NCBI GenBank assembly: GCA_910592345.1
Contig: CAJVPI010000302.1
Span: 1-36,166 of the forward strand
DNA from: Paraglomus brasilianum
Taxonomy: Eukaryota
Reading direction: 5' to 3'
DNA length: 36,166 bases
In this document: one piece after another, positions 35,481-36,166 of the stretch
How positions within the stretch are numbered: the stretch's first letter is position 1
How the letters are laid out: each line of letters starts with the position of its first letter
Position numbers and translations under genes: made by a program
The notes under the pieces: generated by a model
Told to the model about the DNA's origin: nothing
What the model saw: the letters and a program-made list of their open reading frames with translations, nothing else
Databases searched by the model: none

Positions 35481-36166
35481 ATACAATATAAGACTCTTTA
35501 ACACGTTGATCAAATGACCTTACAATCGATCGAACACTTTACCTTAATTGTCTTGTTACCATCTATCCTTAACAAAAGAACGGCTAAGAGACCAAGGCGT
35601 CATTCTTGGTGGTCAGTGTGCAAGTGTGACATGATAAATAACGAGAGATCGAAGATATCTTCTTACCAGCATAATCTGAACTGAGTTGGATATGTGATAA
35701 CAATAAGTGCCGAGTTAACGTCCAGCGCTAACAGTGAGGCGAAATGGTAAGTATTCTGAAATTCGAATCACTTATTACTTGGGTGACTAATACTAATTAG
35801 GAAATCGGAGGCGAGAATCCATTACCCTAAGTCCACATTAATATCGTGGAGTCTACTAGGTGTTCATATTGATATTCATTATTTGCCACGTTTGATAGGA
35901 ATGTGAATGGTAAAATGATATTCAATGGCACGCGTCTAAGGCTGGTGGATGAATCGGGGAGCAATGGGCGATGCTAAAGTCTTCCCCGTCGAGTGCCAGC
36001 AGATATCTCTGTCATCAACATTTCCTATACAGTAGCGGTCATAAGTATCCGAACGGTTATATCCTGCAACTTTACATAATAATAACTGCTTAAATTTTCT
36101 AAAACAAAATTTTGACATAATATCTGATCACATGTAAAATTTCAGCTCGAGCGAATGTCTCCAGCA

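Overview
Eukaryotic, intron-bearing, AT-rich fungal DNA. The gene families present (MATA-type HMG box, several Sel1-repeat genes, a possible TKL kinase fragment, a cellular RdRP) point by inference to an arbuscular-mycorrhizal (Glomeromycota) genome. Only one long intact gene is visible: an intronless 354-aa MATA_HMG-box transcription factor (28242-29306, +). The rest is a graveyard of decayed genes. It includes an RNAi-type RdRP with DLDGD changed to DLDGY, an intron-retaining copy of the housekeeping gene SOF1/DCAF13, three Sel1-repeat genes, a possible TFIIB/Brf-like gene with an apparently inverted 5' end, and several paralogous pairs within the window. The decay is dominated by multi-codon deletions whose junctions fit 2-4 nt microhomologies, plus many short tandem duplications. 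Other elements are a 160-bp TA-flanked pogo/Tc1-type MITE, three minisatellites or repeat arrays (one G-quadruplex-prone), a segment with a RIP-like dinucleotide skew, and two short inserts that look Mollicutes-like. No rRNA, tRNA or CRISPR was seen. All protein identifications come from manual translation and motif recognition. No database search was run.
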